64,000 nt of DNA from Chiloscyllium plagiosum (lineage: Eukaryota), in contig NC_057752.1 in assembly GCF_004010195.1 (NCBI RefSeq), positions 5,634,971 to 5,698,970 on the forward strand, read 5' to 3'. Every line of letters begins with the position of its first letter. Position 1 is the first letter of the stretch. This document shows positions 11,765 through 23,689 of this stretch, one piece after another. The translations under genes were made by a program, and so were the position numbers. The notes beneath the pieces were generated by a model that saw nothing but the letters and a program-made list of their open reading frames with translations, had not been told where the DNA came from and searched no databases.

Positions 11765-12470
11765 ATTTCTTCATGGGGTATGGGCATTGCTGGTAGGGCC
11801 AAGCTTTGTCCATTCCTAAACATGTTTGAGAAGGTGGTGATGAGCTGCAGTCCTCAGGGTGTATGTAAACCCACAGTGCTGTTCAGGGGAGAGTTCTGGG
11901 ATTTTGACCCAGGGATACTGAAAGAACGGTGATATATTTCCAAGTTGGCATAGGGTGTGTCTTGGAGGGGAATTCACAGGTGGTTGTGTTATCATGCATC
12001 TGCTGTTCTTGTCCTTCTAGGTGGTGGTGGTCACAAATTTGGAAAGTGCTGCCACAGGAGGCTTGCTGAGTCGTCATGTTGCATCTTGTAGATGATACAC
12101 ATTCCTGCTACAGTGCATCAGTGGATGGATGAGGTGTCAATCAAGTAGCTGCTTTGTCCTGATGGTATCAAGTTTCTTGAGTGTTGTTGGAGCTGCACTC
12201 GTTCAGGCAAGTAGAGAGTATTCCATCATACCCCAGACTTGTGCCTTGTACATGGTTTTGGGGAGTCAGGACGTTATTTACTTGCTGCCTCTAGTAGTGA
12301 GTTACTACCCTCTGACCTAGTCTTGCATCCACTTCATTTGTATGGCTGTTCCAGTTGAGTTTCTGATCAGGGGTTAACCTTGGGTGTTGATAGTGGGGGA
12401 TTCAGAAATGATAATGCCATTGAATGTCAAGGGACAGTGGTTAGATTGTTTCTTATTGGAGATGGTCATT
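11765..12470 (-). mobile_element. CR1/L2-group LINE 3' fragment
   Basis: Collinear with 5615-6400 (TTCTTGAGTGTTGTTGGAGCTGC; TTGATAGTGGGGGATTCAG). Confidence 0.8.
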
Positions 12471-12529
12471 ATCAAGCCACTTGTTTTTGTAGTCATTCTG
12501 TCTCAGGCAGTACAAGTGCAATTTCTGTT

Positions 12530-13265
12530 CAGTAGTAAGTCCCAGGATGTTGATTTGAGATCATCTTCGAGTCGCCTCTTTTCGAAGTGGGAAAATTTAA
12601 GCTTCTCTTGTCTTTTCTCACAACATATATCTTTGACTCTAGGGATCTGTCTTGTAGCTCTTCCCAGCAATGCCTGCTGTATTTGAGTGCTTCCCTTGTG
12701 TTTGGATGATCAGAACTGGACCAGGTACTCAAAGTGCAGTCTGTGCAGTGTAAACATTACTTCTCGTGGTGTATGTTCTTCTGTTTTGATACTGTAGCTT
12801 AATGTTCTGTTTGTTTTGTTGATTGATCACGTGGAATCTTCTGATATGCATGAATCTTTTTTCCCATTTTGGTAATATTCATGATTTGACATTGCATTGC
12901 ATTTACTTCCTAAATGTTTTGTACTTGTCCATGTGCAATTTCATCCTGTTCCCCTATATATTTTATCTGAATGTCTCATCTCTGCATGTATATACTTTGG
13001 AATCATCTATGACACTCAGGCAATCTGTATTGACTTTCTGAATTTATGTTGCTAATGTAAATTAGAACTAGGACAGACCCCAATGGGAAATACAGAACAG
13101 CCCAGTGATCACTCCTAACATCACACTCCCTTAAATACTTGCTGCTTCCTACCATTCAGCCAATTTCCTTGTCCATTCCTAGCCTTTGCCAGGAATTCCC
13201 ACTACTTTAAGCTGAAGTCTTTTGTCAGATATTTTATCAAATTATTTTTAGGAGTCCCAGCTACT
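12530..13265 (-). mobile_element. Old, highly decayed CR1-like RT relic
   Basis: The reverse strand retains HFEYLVQF*S-like (CACTTTGAGTACCTGGTCCAGTTCTG) and FDKI-like segments. Confidence 0.45.
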
Positions 13266-13274
13266 TTTTTATTT

Positions 13275-13610
13275 TAGTTTGCTTGCAGGATGTAGGTATC
13301 ACTGGCTAGGCCATCATTTATTGCCCATCCCTAATTGACCAGAGCACAGTTTAACATCGACCATATTCCTGTCAGTCTAGAATCACAGGCGAGACCAGGT
13401 AAGGATAGTAGGTTTCCTTCCCTCCAGGACACTAGTGAACCAGATGGATTTTTACAATGATTGACAGTTACATAGTTACCATTGACTAGCTTTTAATTCC
13501 AGAGTTTTATTCAGCTCATAGTTCATTGTGGTCTGATTCAAACTCATCCCAAGAACAGTAGCCTGGAGTTCTGGATTGCTAGTAACATTGCCACTAACCC
13601 ACCACCTCCC
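13275..13610 (-). mobile_element. SINE family B-related copy
   Basis: CATTTATTGCCCATCCCTAATTG, ACTAGTGAACCAGATGG and CTGGATTGCTAGT are reverse complements of family B motifs. Confidence 0.7.
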
Positions 13611-14449
13611 CATATGGTACACCATATCCTATGGCTCTCCATTGTCCATTTGATATGTCATAAGTCCAAGTCAGAGATAATTGCTTTTTGGATCCATGTT
13701 GGTTGCTGCTTGATAATCTGATATAGAAGCAACTCTCAAGTGTGCTTCCAATAAACAGCTTTAGTTCTTCATGCAGTATTGATGGGAAGCTATCACTGCA
13801 TGGCTCCATTCTCATCTGTTTGAAAATGCTCACCACACTGGCTTCCTTGCAACTAGTAAACCACCTCCACTTTCTTTAACATCTTCACAACAATATGTCA
13901 GTACTTTGCAAGTCTCACACTATGTCCCTCTCAGTGAGTTTGAGACATCCCTTCTATCCTTCACAATTTATTTGTTTTGAGCCTTTTAGTGCATTAAACA
14001 TCTTACGCCAATGTTGTTAATCCTACTTTTTCAAGTGTGGGTGATGTTTTACTCCCTACTTAGCAGAAGTATCTAATTAATAAGTCCATCATTTTCTGCT
14101 TATCCTTGGTTTTATCCTCTTTATATCCATTAGGAATCTTTCTTGAACTACATTCGTACTGGAAATGTTTCTAGGTTTTTTTTTGTACCTATACAGCATT
14201 GTCCCTATTTGACCAACCTTTAAACATGTTTCTGACTTTTTATATTCATCCCAGAGCTCATTTGAACATTCCTAATCATAGGACCTGTATTTTTCCATAT
14301 TTTTTTGATCCATTTCTGGTCACACTTGTTTCATTGATGCTTATTGATCTAGATGTGTGTTTGTCCTCCATGCTCAAAAACATAATTTTAGGTTTTGAGA
14401 TTGGGTTTGAAATGTAGTTTGTCATAATGATGAAACATGGCACCCAGCT

Positions 14450-14755
14450 TGCATACAGCAAGCTTCCACAAACAGCAGTGATGATAAGATACTTTTGTTC
14501 ATGTTGGTTATGGGATAAATATTGGTCAGGACACTGGGGACAATTTACTTACTTTTCTTCAAAATAGTGCTATGCTCTCCTGAGAGGGCATACAAGGCAT
14601 CAGTTTAATGTTTTGTCCCCGAAGATGACACCTCCAACAGTGCAATACTTCCATCAGGATGATATTAGAGTGCCAGTCTTGATTGTCATGCTTAAGCCCT
14701 AGAATGGGACTTGAACCCATAACCTTCTGATTCTGAGGAAAGAGCTGACATACTG
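14450..14755 (-). mobile_element. Deu-domain SINE (SacSINE1/AmnSINE-like)
   Basis: GGGATAAATATTGGTCAGGACACTGGGG...CTTCAAAATAGTGC and head GGGACTTGAACCCATAACCTTCTGA. Similar to 45480-45870. Confidence 0.75.
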
Positions 14756-14794
14756 GGTGAAGAACAAGGAAGCCCTTTCTTGATTCCTAATAAA

Positions 14795-15270
14795 CTAGAA
14801 ACAAGTCATTAGGAGCAGGTGTAGAACATTTGGCCCACCAAGCCTGCTCCATCATTCAACCTTATCAAGGCTGATATTGGGCTTGAACTGCACCTTCCTG
14901 CCTATTTCCTATATCCTTTGATTCTGTAGGAGACCAAAAGCTCTTTGTCCCAGCTTTGGGTATGTTCAATGGTGGAATATCCACAACCCTTTGCGGTAGA
15001 GAATTTCAAAGACTCTCAACCTCTGAGTGAAAAAATTTCTTCTCATCTCAATCCCAAATAATTAGTACCTTATCCTGAGACAGTGCTTCCCCCACCCTGA
15101 TTCCCCAGACAGGAGGATATAACCTCTTGGTATCGACTCTATCAAGACCCTTCACAATCTTGTATGTTTCAATGAAATCATCATACATTCTTCTAAACTC
15201 CAGGTAACAGACCCAATTTACTCAACTTAGCAGCACAAGCCAACCCTCTGATCTCAAAAACCAACCAATT
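14795..15270 (-). mobile_element. CR1 3' end
   Basis: TAGGAGCAGGTGTAG...GGTAGAGAATTTCAAAGACTCTCAACCTCTGAGTGAAAAAATTT, the CR1 3' pattern repeated elsewhere in the window. Confidence 0.75.
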
Positions 15271-15778
15271 GAACCCAAACCTAGGTAGGATGTGTGGATG
15301 CCAGTGCTCACAGGATTGAACTCAATTGTGATACCCTCAGCATAATTTACATAGATTTCCACATCTGAAACAGACCATTCAGTTCAACTGATTTATGTCA
15401 GTGTTTATGCTCCAATGGGACTCCCCCCACTTGCTTTATCTAAACCTGCCAAGCATAATTGTCTCTTCTTCCTCGTGTTTAACTAGCTTTCCATTAAAGG
15501 TATGGGTGGGCTCACGAATGATCTTGTGGGTGATGAAACATGAAGCTGACTATGACCTAGGTGACTACTTTGAAGAACATGGTCAGGAGATGTGAGAGAA
15601 AAGTTTTAGGAAAGAATTTATACACAAATACGTTCTAACACCTGGAGTACCATAGTATGATACAACACAAAATTAGCCCATTTGGTCCACTTGTGCTGGC
15701 TTTTTGTAGGAACAATCTAAATAGTTCCATTCGATGCAGTTTTCCCATAACACTGCACAAGTTTTCTTTTTGTAGCTA

Positions 15779-15987
15779 TAGGCCGTTCTGTTATAATGCG
15801 TGTTTCATCAATGCAAATTTACTGTAACACAATTGACAAATTGGGGATGCTGTTTCTACAGTGTGAACTGTGTTGGTTGTAATGTGATTATGGCACCAGC
15901 ACTTTAAGCACAGTTTCTAAAGCGCCATTTTTCTATAATGTGGGGTTGCATAAGAATGTGACCATTGTGTTATCGAAGAACTGACTG
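15779..15987. mobile_element. Tc1/mariner (Tigger-like) MITE
   Basis: Imperfect ~22-bp TIRs (TAGGCCGTTCTGTTATAATGCG vs reverse complement CAGTCAGTTCTTCGATAACACA). Flanked by TA on both sides (15777-15778, 15988-15989). Confidence 0.65.
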
Positions 15988-16299
15988 TATCTAACCCACT
16001 GTTAAGTGTTAATATTGAATATGTTTTTAGGCAACACCTTCCAGATCATAATAACTCAGTGTAAATACAAAACTTGAAAAGAAATTTCCCTCAACCTCCC
16101 CTCTGGTTCTTTAACTAATCATCTGAGAGACCTGTGTCCCTCAATTACTGATGTAATTGCCAGCAGTAGTTTTTGCAGAAGTTTGTAAATGAATCTGTAT
16201 TGCTGTTCACTTCCCTTGGATTTTGGCATCTGCAATGCATGTTCACCAGTGAGAGGGATGATATGTGTGTAGACATCAGGTAAAAGGTATGTAATTTAA

Positions 16300-18060
16300 A
16301 GAAATGAGCAAAGACAGAGCAGATTCTGAGTGGTCTGGCAGACTTAAATGCAAATAAATATCCAGGGCAGATGAAATGCATCCCACATTGTTGAGTGAGG
16401 CAAGGGAGGAGATAGGGGCATTTGCAAAAATATTCAATTCCTGTCTGGCTGCAGGAGAGGCACCGGAGGACTGGAGGACAGCCAATATAGTACCGTTATT
16501 CAAGAACAGAGCAAGGGATAAACCAGGAAACTATAGGTCAGTTGGTCTAACCTCAGTGGTGGGAAACTATTGGAAGCAATTTGGAAGGACAGAATCTGTC
16601 TGCATTTGGTAAGGCAGGGATTAGGCAAGAACAGTCAGCATGATTTTGTTCAGGCAAGGTCATGTCTGACCAACTTGATTGAATTTTTTTTAAAGAGTTG
16701 ACCAGGTGTGTAGATGAGGGCAATGCTTTTGATATAGTTTACTTGGACTTCATAAAGGCTTTTGATAAAGTCCCACATGGAAGACTGGTAGCAAAGGTAA
16801 GTGCCTGTGCGATCCAAGGGAATTTGGCAAATTGGATCCACAATTGGCTGAGTGGCAGAATGCAGTGGGTGATGGTTGAGGGGTGTTTTTCCAACTGGAA
16901 ATCTTGTGTTCAGTAGGGTCCCTTCGGGGTCAGTGATGGGGCCCTTGCTATTTGTAGGTTATATAAATAGTTTAGACTTGAATGTAGGAGGGTTGATAAG
17001 TTCACAGATGATACAAAATTTGAGGGGTGGTAAACAGTGAGGAGGATAGCCTTTACCAACAAGTGGATAAAGACTGGCGGGTCAGATGTGCTGATCAGTG
17101 GCAAATAATATTCAATCTGATAAGTGTGAGGTAATGTGCTTGGGCAGGACAAAGAAGGTAAGGGAATGCATGATGAATAGTAAGACCCTGGGAAGCACCA
17201 AGGATCACCAGGCACAAGCAACAGTGAGGCAAGTAGATCAAGTGGTTAAGAAGGCATAGAGTCAAGAGCAGGGAGGTGATGTTGCAACTGTTTTAAAAAA
17301 AAAGGTTAGGCCACAGCTAAAATATTGTGTGCAGTTCTGGAATCTACATTATAGGAGGGATGCGATAGCACTGGAGAGGGTGCAGGGTAGATTTATCAGG
17401 ATGTTGCCTGAGCTGGAGAGTTTCAATGATGAAGAGAGTTTGGATAGACCGGGGTTGTTTTCCTTCAAGCGGAGGAGATTGAGAGAAGTCATGATTTGAG
17501 ATGTATAACATTATTAGGGGCATAGGTATGACAGACCAGAAGAAACTGTTCCCCATGATGGAGCAATTAGGGCGGCACAATGGCACAGTGGTTAGCACTG
17601 CTGCCTCTCAGCGCCAGGAACCCAGGTTCACTTTTTACCTCAGGCAACTGTCTGTGTGGAGTTTGCACATTCTCCCCGTGTCTGCGTGGGTTTCCTACGC
17701 GTGCTCCGGTTCCTCCCACAATCCAAAGATGTGCAGGTTAGGTGAATTGGTCATGCTAAATTGCCCATAGTGTTAGGTGCATTAGTCAGGGGTAAATATA
17801 AGGTAGGGGAATGGGTCTGGGTGGGTTACTCTTTGGACGGTTGGTGTGGACCTGTTGGGCTGAATGGCTTGTTTCCATACTGGAGGGAATCTAACCTAAT
17901 CTATTCTAACCAGGAGCATTGATTTAATGTAAGGGGCAGGAGGTTGAAAGGGAATGTGAAGAAAAACATTTTCATCCAGATGGTGGTGAGAAGATAGAAC
18001 TCACTACTTGTAAGGGTGGTAGAGACAGAAACACTCTCAACATTTAAGAAGTACTTAGTG
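16300..18060 (+). mobile_element. CR1 LINE ORF2 (RT) relic; its 3' end resumes at ~21446-21575 after the PLE
   Basis: PEDWRTANIVPLFK, PGNYRSVGLTSVVG and DIVYLDFIKAFDKVPHGRL. 3' UTR TATGGGCCAAGTGCTGG after 21481. Confidence 0.9.
17570..17903 (+). mobile_element. HE1-type V-SINE nested in CR1
   Basis: GGGCGGCACAATGGCACAGTGGTTAGCACTGCTGCCTC head, V-domain and tail. Confidence 0.92.
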
Positions 18061-18072
18061 TTGGATGCAACT

Positions 18073-21000
18073 AGGAGAAAGTGAGGACTGCAGATGCTAG
18101 TTGAGTGTGTGGATCCTTCTCAGGATGAAGAACACCAGAGGTCTTTTTACTGGTCTGGGAGAGTGTAGTCTGAGCTGGGGCAAGGCTGACAGGGAGAGTA
18201 GATAGCAACACATGGCTGTGAGCATGGAGCGGAGGATCTGGAGGGAGAACCGTTTCTGGAGACTTTTGATTCGCTGTAGGAAATGGTAGTCCTGCTCGGT
18301 TCCAAATTGCGATGCTCTGAATGTAGTCTGGAGTTATGGGGGATGAGTCGATTGAGTAGGCAGGTGCTGAAGTCATTATTCACGCAACCATTACAGCCAC
18401 CACTACCACCATAAATGATGTCGCTTCTACTTCCGGCACCAAGCTCACTGTTGTACCGCTTCTGCAAATGCTGCTGGTAGTTCTGCCTCTGCGATCGCCA
18501 CCAGAACTATGCCTCCGCGATCACTGCCAGAGCTAGGGCCTCCACGAGCGCTGCCAATACCTCTACCTCCACGATCACCGCCAGAACTACGGCCTCCGCA
18601 AACATCGCTAATACCTCCGCCTCTGCAATTGCTGCCTGCCACATCACCTCTGCCCCTGTGGTTGCCAATGCTCCTTCCACCCCCACTGACATCACTGACT
18701 GGAAAACCAATGACGACCATGCCGTCCCCACTGCAACTGCCGATAGCACCACTTCCATGAACGCCGCCAAGAGCATCACTTCCACCCCTGCGGTTGCAGC
18801 CGAACATGCAACCTCTGCCCCCGAGAACGCCACCATTGATGTCACTTACTGAATCACTGCTGACGATGTCCCCTTCGCAGCCACTGTCGCTGAGGGTACT
18901 GCTTTCATGAATGCCATCAAAAATGTCACTTCCGCCCCTGCGGTTGCTACCGAACACACCACTTCTGCCCCCATGACCACCACTGTACATGTCACTTCCT
19001 CCAGTGATGTCACCTATGATGTCACTAACAATCACATGATCACCTGCACTCCAGAGACCGTCTCCAGTTCTACACCAAGCCCCAGTCTTGTCGTGTTTTT
19101 ACCAGACCGCCCCCTTGCTGAGGATGAACGATCAGTCAACAGTAAAGGTCTCCCCTTCATCCCAGTACACACCCGGATCAATGAATTCTGTACGTGTTGC
19201 GACATTTAACTTTTCTTCCATCACCTCCGCCTTTGTGCTTACTCTTTCAATCGTGACTCCCATCCACCCTCCAAAGACCCCTTCTCCTACCTCCAACATA
19301 CTCCATCCTCTTGGACACCCCGCTGGCCTCCTACCTTCCCTCAACCTCTTTATCTTCAACTGCTATTTGACATTGACCACATCAACCTGTCCACTCTCCT
19401 CACCTACTCCAATCCTCACCCTTTCAATGCACAGCCCTCCACTCCAACCCCAACATCACCATCAAAACAGCAGACACTGACCTCTACTTCGCCGAAGCCA
19501 GATGTCAACTCGCTGACACCTCCTCCTACCGCCCCCTCCGCCACGACTCCACCTCTCATCACCAAACCATCATCTCCCAAACCATTGACAACCTCATCAC
19601 CTCAGAGGATCTCCTATCCACACCTCCAACTCATAGTTTCCCAACCCTGCACCACCTGATTCTACCTGTTACTCAAAGTCCACAAACCTGACTGCCCTGA
19701 TTGACTTATTGTCTCTGCCTGCTTCTTCCCCATTGAATTCACCTCCTCATACCTCAACTCCATCCTGTCCCCCTTGGTCCAGGAACTCCCCACATATGTT
19801 CAGGACACTACCCTCCACCTCCTCCATGACTTTCGATTCCCCGACCCCCAGCACCTCAACTTCACCATGGGCATCCAGTCCCGATACACATTCATCCCTC
19901 ATGGGACAAGCCCTCCATTTCTTCCCCTCCCACCGAACTAACCAGTCCCCCTCTGCTGACACTCATTCAATTGGCAGAACTGGTCCTCACCCTCAATAAC
20001 TTCTCCTTCAAATCCTCCCACTTCCATCGGACCAGAGGGGTAGCCATGGGCACCAGCATGTGCCCCAGCTATGCCTGTCTCTTTGGGTATGTGCAACAGT
20101 CCATCTTCGGTAGTTATACCGGCACCTTTTCCTCCACTACATCGATGACTGTATCAGCGCTGCCTCTTGCTCCCACGAGGTGGTCAAATGATTTATCAAC
20201 TTCCCCCATTCCTTCCACCCTGACCTCAAGTTCACCTGGATTATCTCGGACACCTCCTTCCCATTCCTGGACCTTTCCATCTTCAGCGACCAACTCAATA
20301 CCAATGTCTACTTCAAACTCCTGACTCCCACAGCTACCTGGACTACACTTTTTCTCACTCCCCCTCCTGTAAAAATGCTATCCCTTACTCGCAATTTCTC
20401 CGCCGTATCTGCTCCCAAAAGGACCAATTCCACTCCAGAGCATCCCAGATGGCCTACTACTTCAAGGACTGCAATTTCCCCTCCCACATGATCAACAATG
20501 CCCTCCAGCGCATCTCCTCCTCTTCCTGAACCTCTGCCCTCAAACCCCACCCCTCCAATCACAACAAGGATAGAAACCCCCTGGTCCTAACCTTCCACCC
20601 CATCCCACTAAACTCCAGATACATCACATCATCCTCCGCCACTTCTGCCACATACAGTCAGACTCCTCCACCAGAGATATATTTACCTCCCCACCCCTAT
20701 CTGCATCCCGCAAAGAGTATTCCTTCCGTGACTCCCCTGTTAGGTCTGTTGCTACCCCCCCACCCCCATCACCACCTTCCAAGGCCCCAAAGGGTATTTT
20801 CACATCCGGCAGAGATTTTCCTGCACATCCACCCACCTCATCTAGTGCATCCATTGCTCTCGATGTGGTTTCCTCTACATCAGGGAGACAGGACGCCAAC
20901 TCACAGAGCGTTTCAGGGAATATTTCTGGAACAAACGCACCAATCAACCCCACTGCCCTGTGGCTGACCACTTCAACTCCCCCTCCTATTCCTCCAAGGA

Positions 21001-21445
21001 CATGCAAGTCTTGGGCCTCCTCCACTGCCAAATCAGAGCCACCCAACACATGGAGGAAGAACGCCTCATCTTCCGCCTTGGGACCCATCATCCACATGGC
21101 ATCAACATCGAGTTCACTAGTTTCCAAATCTCCCCTACCTCCACATCATTCCAGATCTAACCCTCCAACTCAGCACCGCTCTCTTGACCTGTCCTACCTG
21201 TCCATCTTCCTTCCCACCTATCTGCTCCACCCCACCCACCAACCTATCACAATTACTCCCTACCTGCATCCACGTTTTGCCTTTCCACCTGCCTCCCCTC
21301 CCCCCACCCCGCCTCCCCAATTTATCTCTCATCCCCCTTCCACATTACTGATGAAGAGCTTGTGTCCAAAACATTGACTCTCGTGATTCTCGGATGCTGC
21401 CTGACTGACCTGCTGTGCTTTTCCAGTGCCACCCTTTTCGACTCT
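18073..21445 (+). mobile_element. Long decayed Penelope-like element (inverted tail 18073-18098, inverted N-terminal segment ~18099-18372, then S/T/A-rich linker, RT, GIY-YIG and pLTR on +)
   Basis: DERSVNSKGLPFIP, TRGVAMGTSMCPSYACLF, TACATCGATGAC (YIDD), GIY-YIG region ~20820-21120, and a decayed hammerhead at 21344-21380. Confidence 0.9.
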
Positions 21446-21640
21446 TAGCCTTATATGCCTTGGTATCACAAGTCTACATCTATGGGCCAAGTGCTGGAAA
21501 ATAGGATTTGATTTTGGTGGTTGTTTTTGACTTGTGTGGATGTGATGGACTGAATGGCCCTTCTCTGTGCTGATCTCTCTGTCTCTATTTTGAATATCCC
21601 CCCAAGATGATTTTTTTTTTCTGTTGGCAAAGCTGCAGAA

Positions 21641-21942
21641 GTATTAGCACTGCTGCCTCTCAGTGCCAGGGACCTGGGTTCGATTCCTGCCTCGGGCAAC
21701 TGTCTGTGTGGAGTTTGCACATTCTCCCCGTGTCTGCATGGGTTTCCTCCGGGTGCTCCGGTTTCTTCCCACAATCCAAAGATGTGCAGGTCTGGTGAAT
21801 TGGCCATGCCAAATTACCCATAGTGATAGGTGTGTTAGCTGTGGTAAATATAGGCTCGGGGAATGGCTCTGGCTGGGTTACTCGTCAGTGTGGACTAGTT
21901 GGGCCGAAGGGCTTGTTTCCATACTGTAGGGAATGTAATCTA
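21641..21942 (+). mobile_element. HE1-type V-SINE
   Basis: TTAGCACTGCTGCCTC, GGTTCGATTCC, V-domain and tail. Confidence 0.9.
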
Positions 21943-22572
21943 AAAAATACTCCAATGGTAGTATAATTGGCACTCAATCCTGTAGGCAGTTATTATTCAG
22001 GTTTTTAAAAATATTGAGTATTAGTCCATTGTCTGTACTTTATGAGAGTGAACACACACAATACAGAGCACAGTTATAAAACAAGTTAAGGAAGTCTCCA
22101 AATGTTCACTCTGAAAGTCATTATCATCTTTATTTAGCAATTTTTAAAAAGAAATTGCAACTCCCTGTTTGTGGAATTGGGAACATTGAGATAAATTAAA
22201 ATCTTCTGTGATTTTTTGGACCTTCTAAAATTGCTCCCCAGCCACCGTTTTGCTTGTGTTGAATAGTACCATCATAACAGTGAACGCCTCGCCGTCTGGC
22301 TGAGGAATTGTCCGATGAAACACATCTGTTATGAGTTTTCCATCTCTATAAAACTCATCAGAATTGTGCAGTAAAAAAGTGAATTGTTTCGTTACCACTT
22401 CCTGTTTACAGCTGGAAATTAACTTGCTTGCTCAGCTTTGTCTTGCTGCAGAAATTCAAGGGCCCATTGGGTCACGCAAGTGTTGGATGCCCTTTTCTGA
22501 AGGTTGCCTTGAATGGCTGGTGGTGAATTATCATTGTATCTCGGAGATTGATTGATACTGCAAGACTGGGAG

Positions 22573-23606
22573 TCAAGAGTGTAGTGCTGGAAAAGCACAG
22601 CAGGTCAGGCAGCATCCGAGGAGCAGGAGAATCAATATTTCAAGCATCAGCCCCTCATCAGGAATAAGGCTGTGGCCCAAGGGGACTGAGAGATAAATGG
22701 GAGGGGAGTGGGGCTGGAGGGAAGGTAGCTGAGAGTGCGCTAGGGTAAATGGAGGTGGGGGCGAAGGTGACAGGAGAAACCATTCCCTCCGCGACTCTCT
22801 TGTTAGGTCCATGATCCCCACCAACCCACCCTCCCGGCACCTTTATCTGCCACCGCAAGAAGTGTGAAACCTATACCCACATCTCCTCCCTCACCTCCGT
22901 CCAAGGCCCCAAAGGATCCTTCCACATCTGACAGAGATTTACCTGCACTTCCACACACATCATCTACTGTGTCGGTTGCTCCTGATGTGGTCTCGTCTAC
23001 ATAGGGGAGACAGGACACCAACTTGTGGAATGTTTCAGAGAACATCCCTGGGACACACGCACTAAACAACCCCACTGCCCTGCAGCCGAACACTTTAACT
23101 TCCCCTCCCACTCCACCAAGGACATGCACGTCCTGGGCATCCTCTACTGTCAAACCCTAACCACCCAACGCCAGGAGGAGAAACACCTCATCTTCCACCT
23201 TGGGACCCTCCAACCACACTGGATCAATGTGGATTTCACCAGTTTCCTCATTTCCCCTCCCCCTAATCCCAGATCCAACCTTCCAACTCGGTACCGCCCT
23301 CATGACCTGTCCCACCTGTCCATCTTCTTTCCCGCCTATTCGCTCCACCCTCCTTTCTGACCTATCACCTTCACCCCCACCTTCATCCACCTATCGCTTT
23401 CCCAGCTACCTTCCCCCCCAGCCCCACCCCCTCTGCCATTTATCTTTCAGACCCCCTAGGCCACAAGCCTCATTCCTGATGAATGGCATATGCTTGAAAC
23501 GTCGATTCTCCTGCTCCTCAGATGCTGCCTGACCTGCTGTGCTTTTCCAGCACCACACTCTTCGACTCTGATCTCCACTTTTCTGCAGTCCTCACTTTCT
23601 CCTAAT
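22573..23606. mobile_element. Penelope-like insertion with inverted arms (minus pLTR 22573-~22775; plus GIY-YIG + pLTR + tail ~22776-23603)
   Basis: GIY-YIG fragments (YIGETG; AEHFNFPSH; EEKHLIFHLGTLQPHWIN). TSD AAGACTGGGAG (22562-22572 / 23607-23617). Confidence 0.9.
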
Positions 23607-23689
23607 AAGACTGGGAGCACTAACACTCTGGACAGTGGGAGAGAGAAAATGCATCTGAAGTTGTCATTGTTTTTAGAAATTTTTTCTTA

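Noticed and set aside
18445..19035. Gly-rich 196-aa minus-strand ORF resembling a structural or RGG protein
   Set aside because: It is the antisense shadow of the Thr/Ala/Ser-rich repeat inside the Penelope element.
22300..22365. Minus-strand CTGATGAG...GAAA as a stand-alone hammerhead
   Set aside because: Stem II does not close onto GAAA and no stem I forms. The sequence folds better as a simple hairpin.
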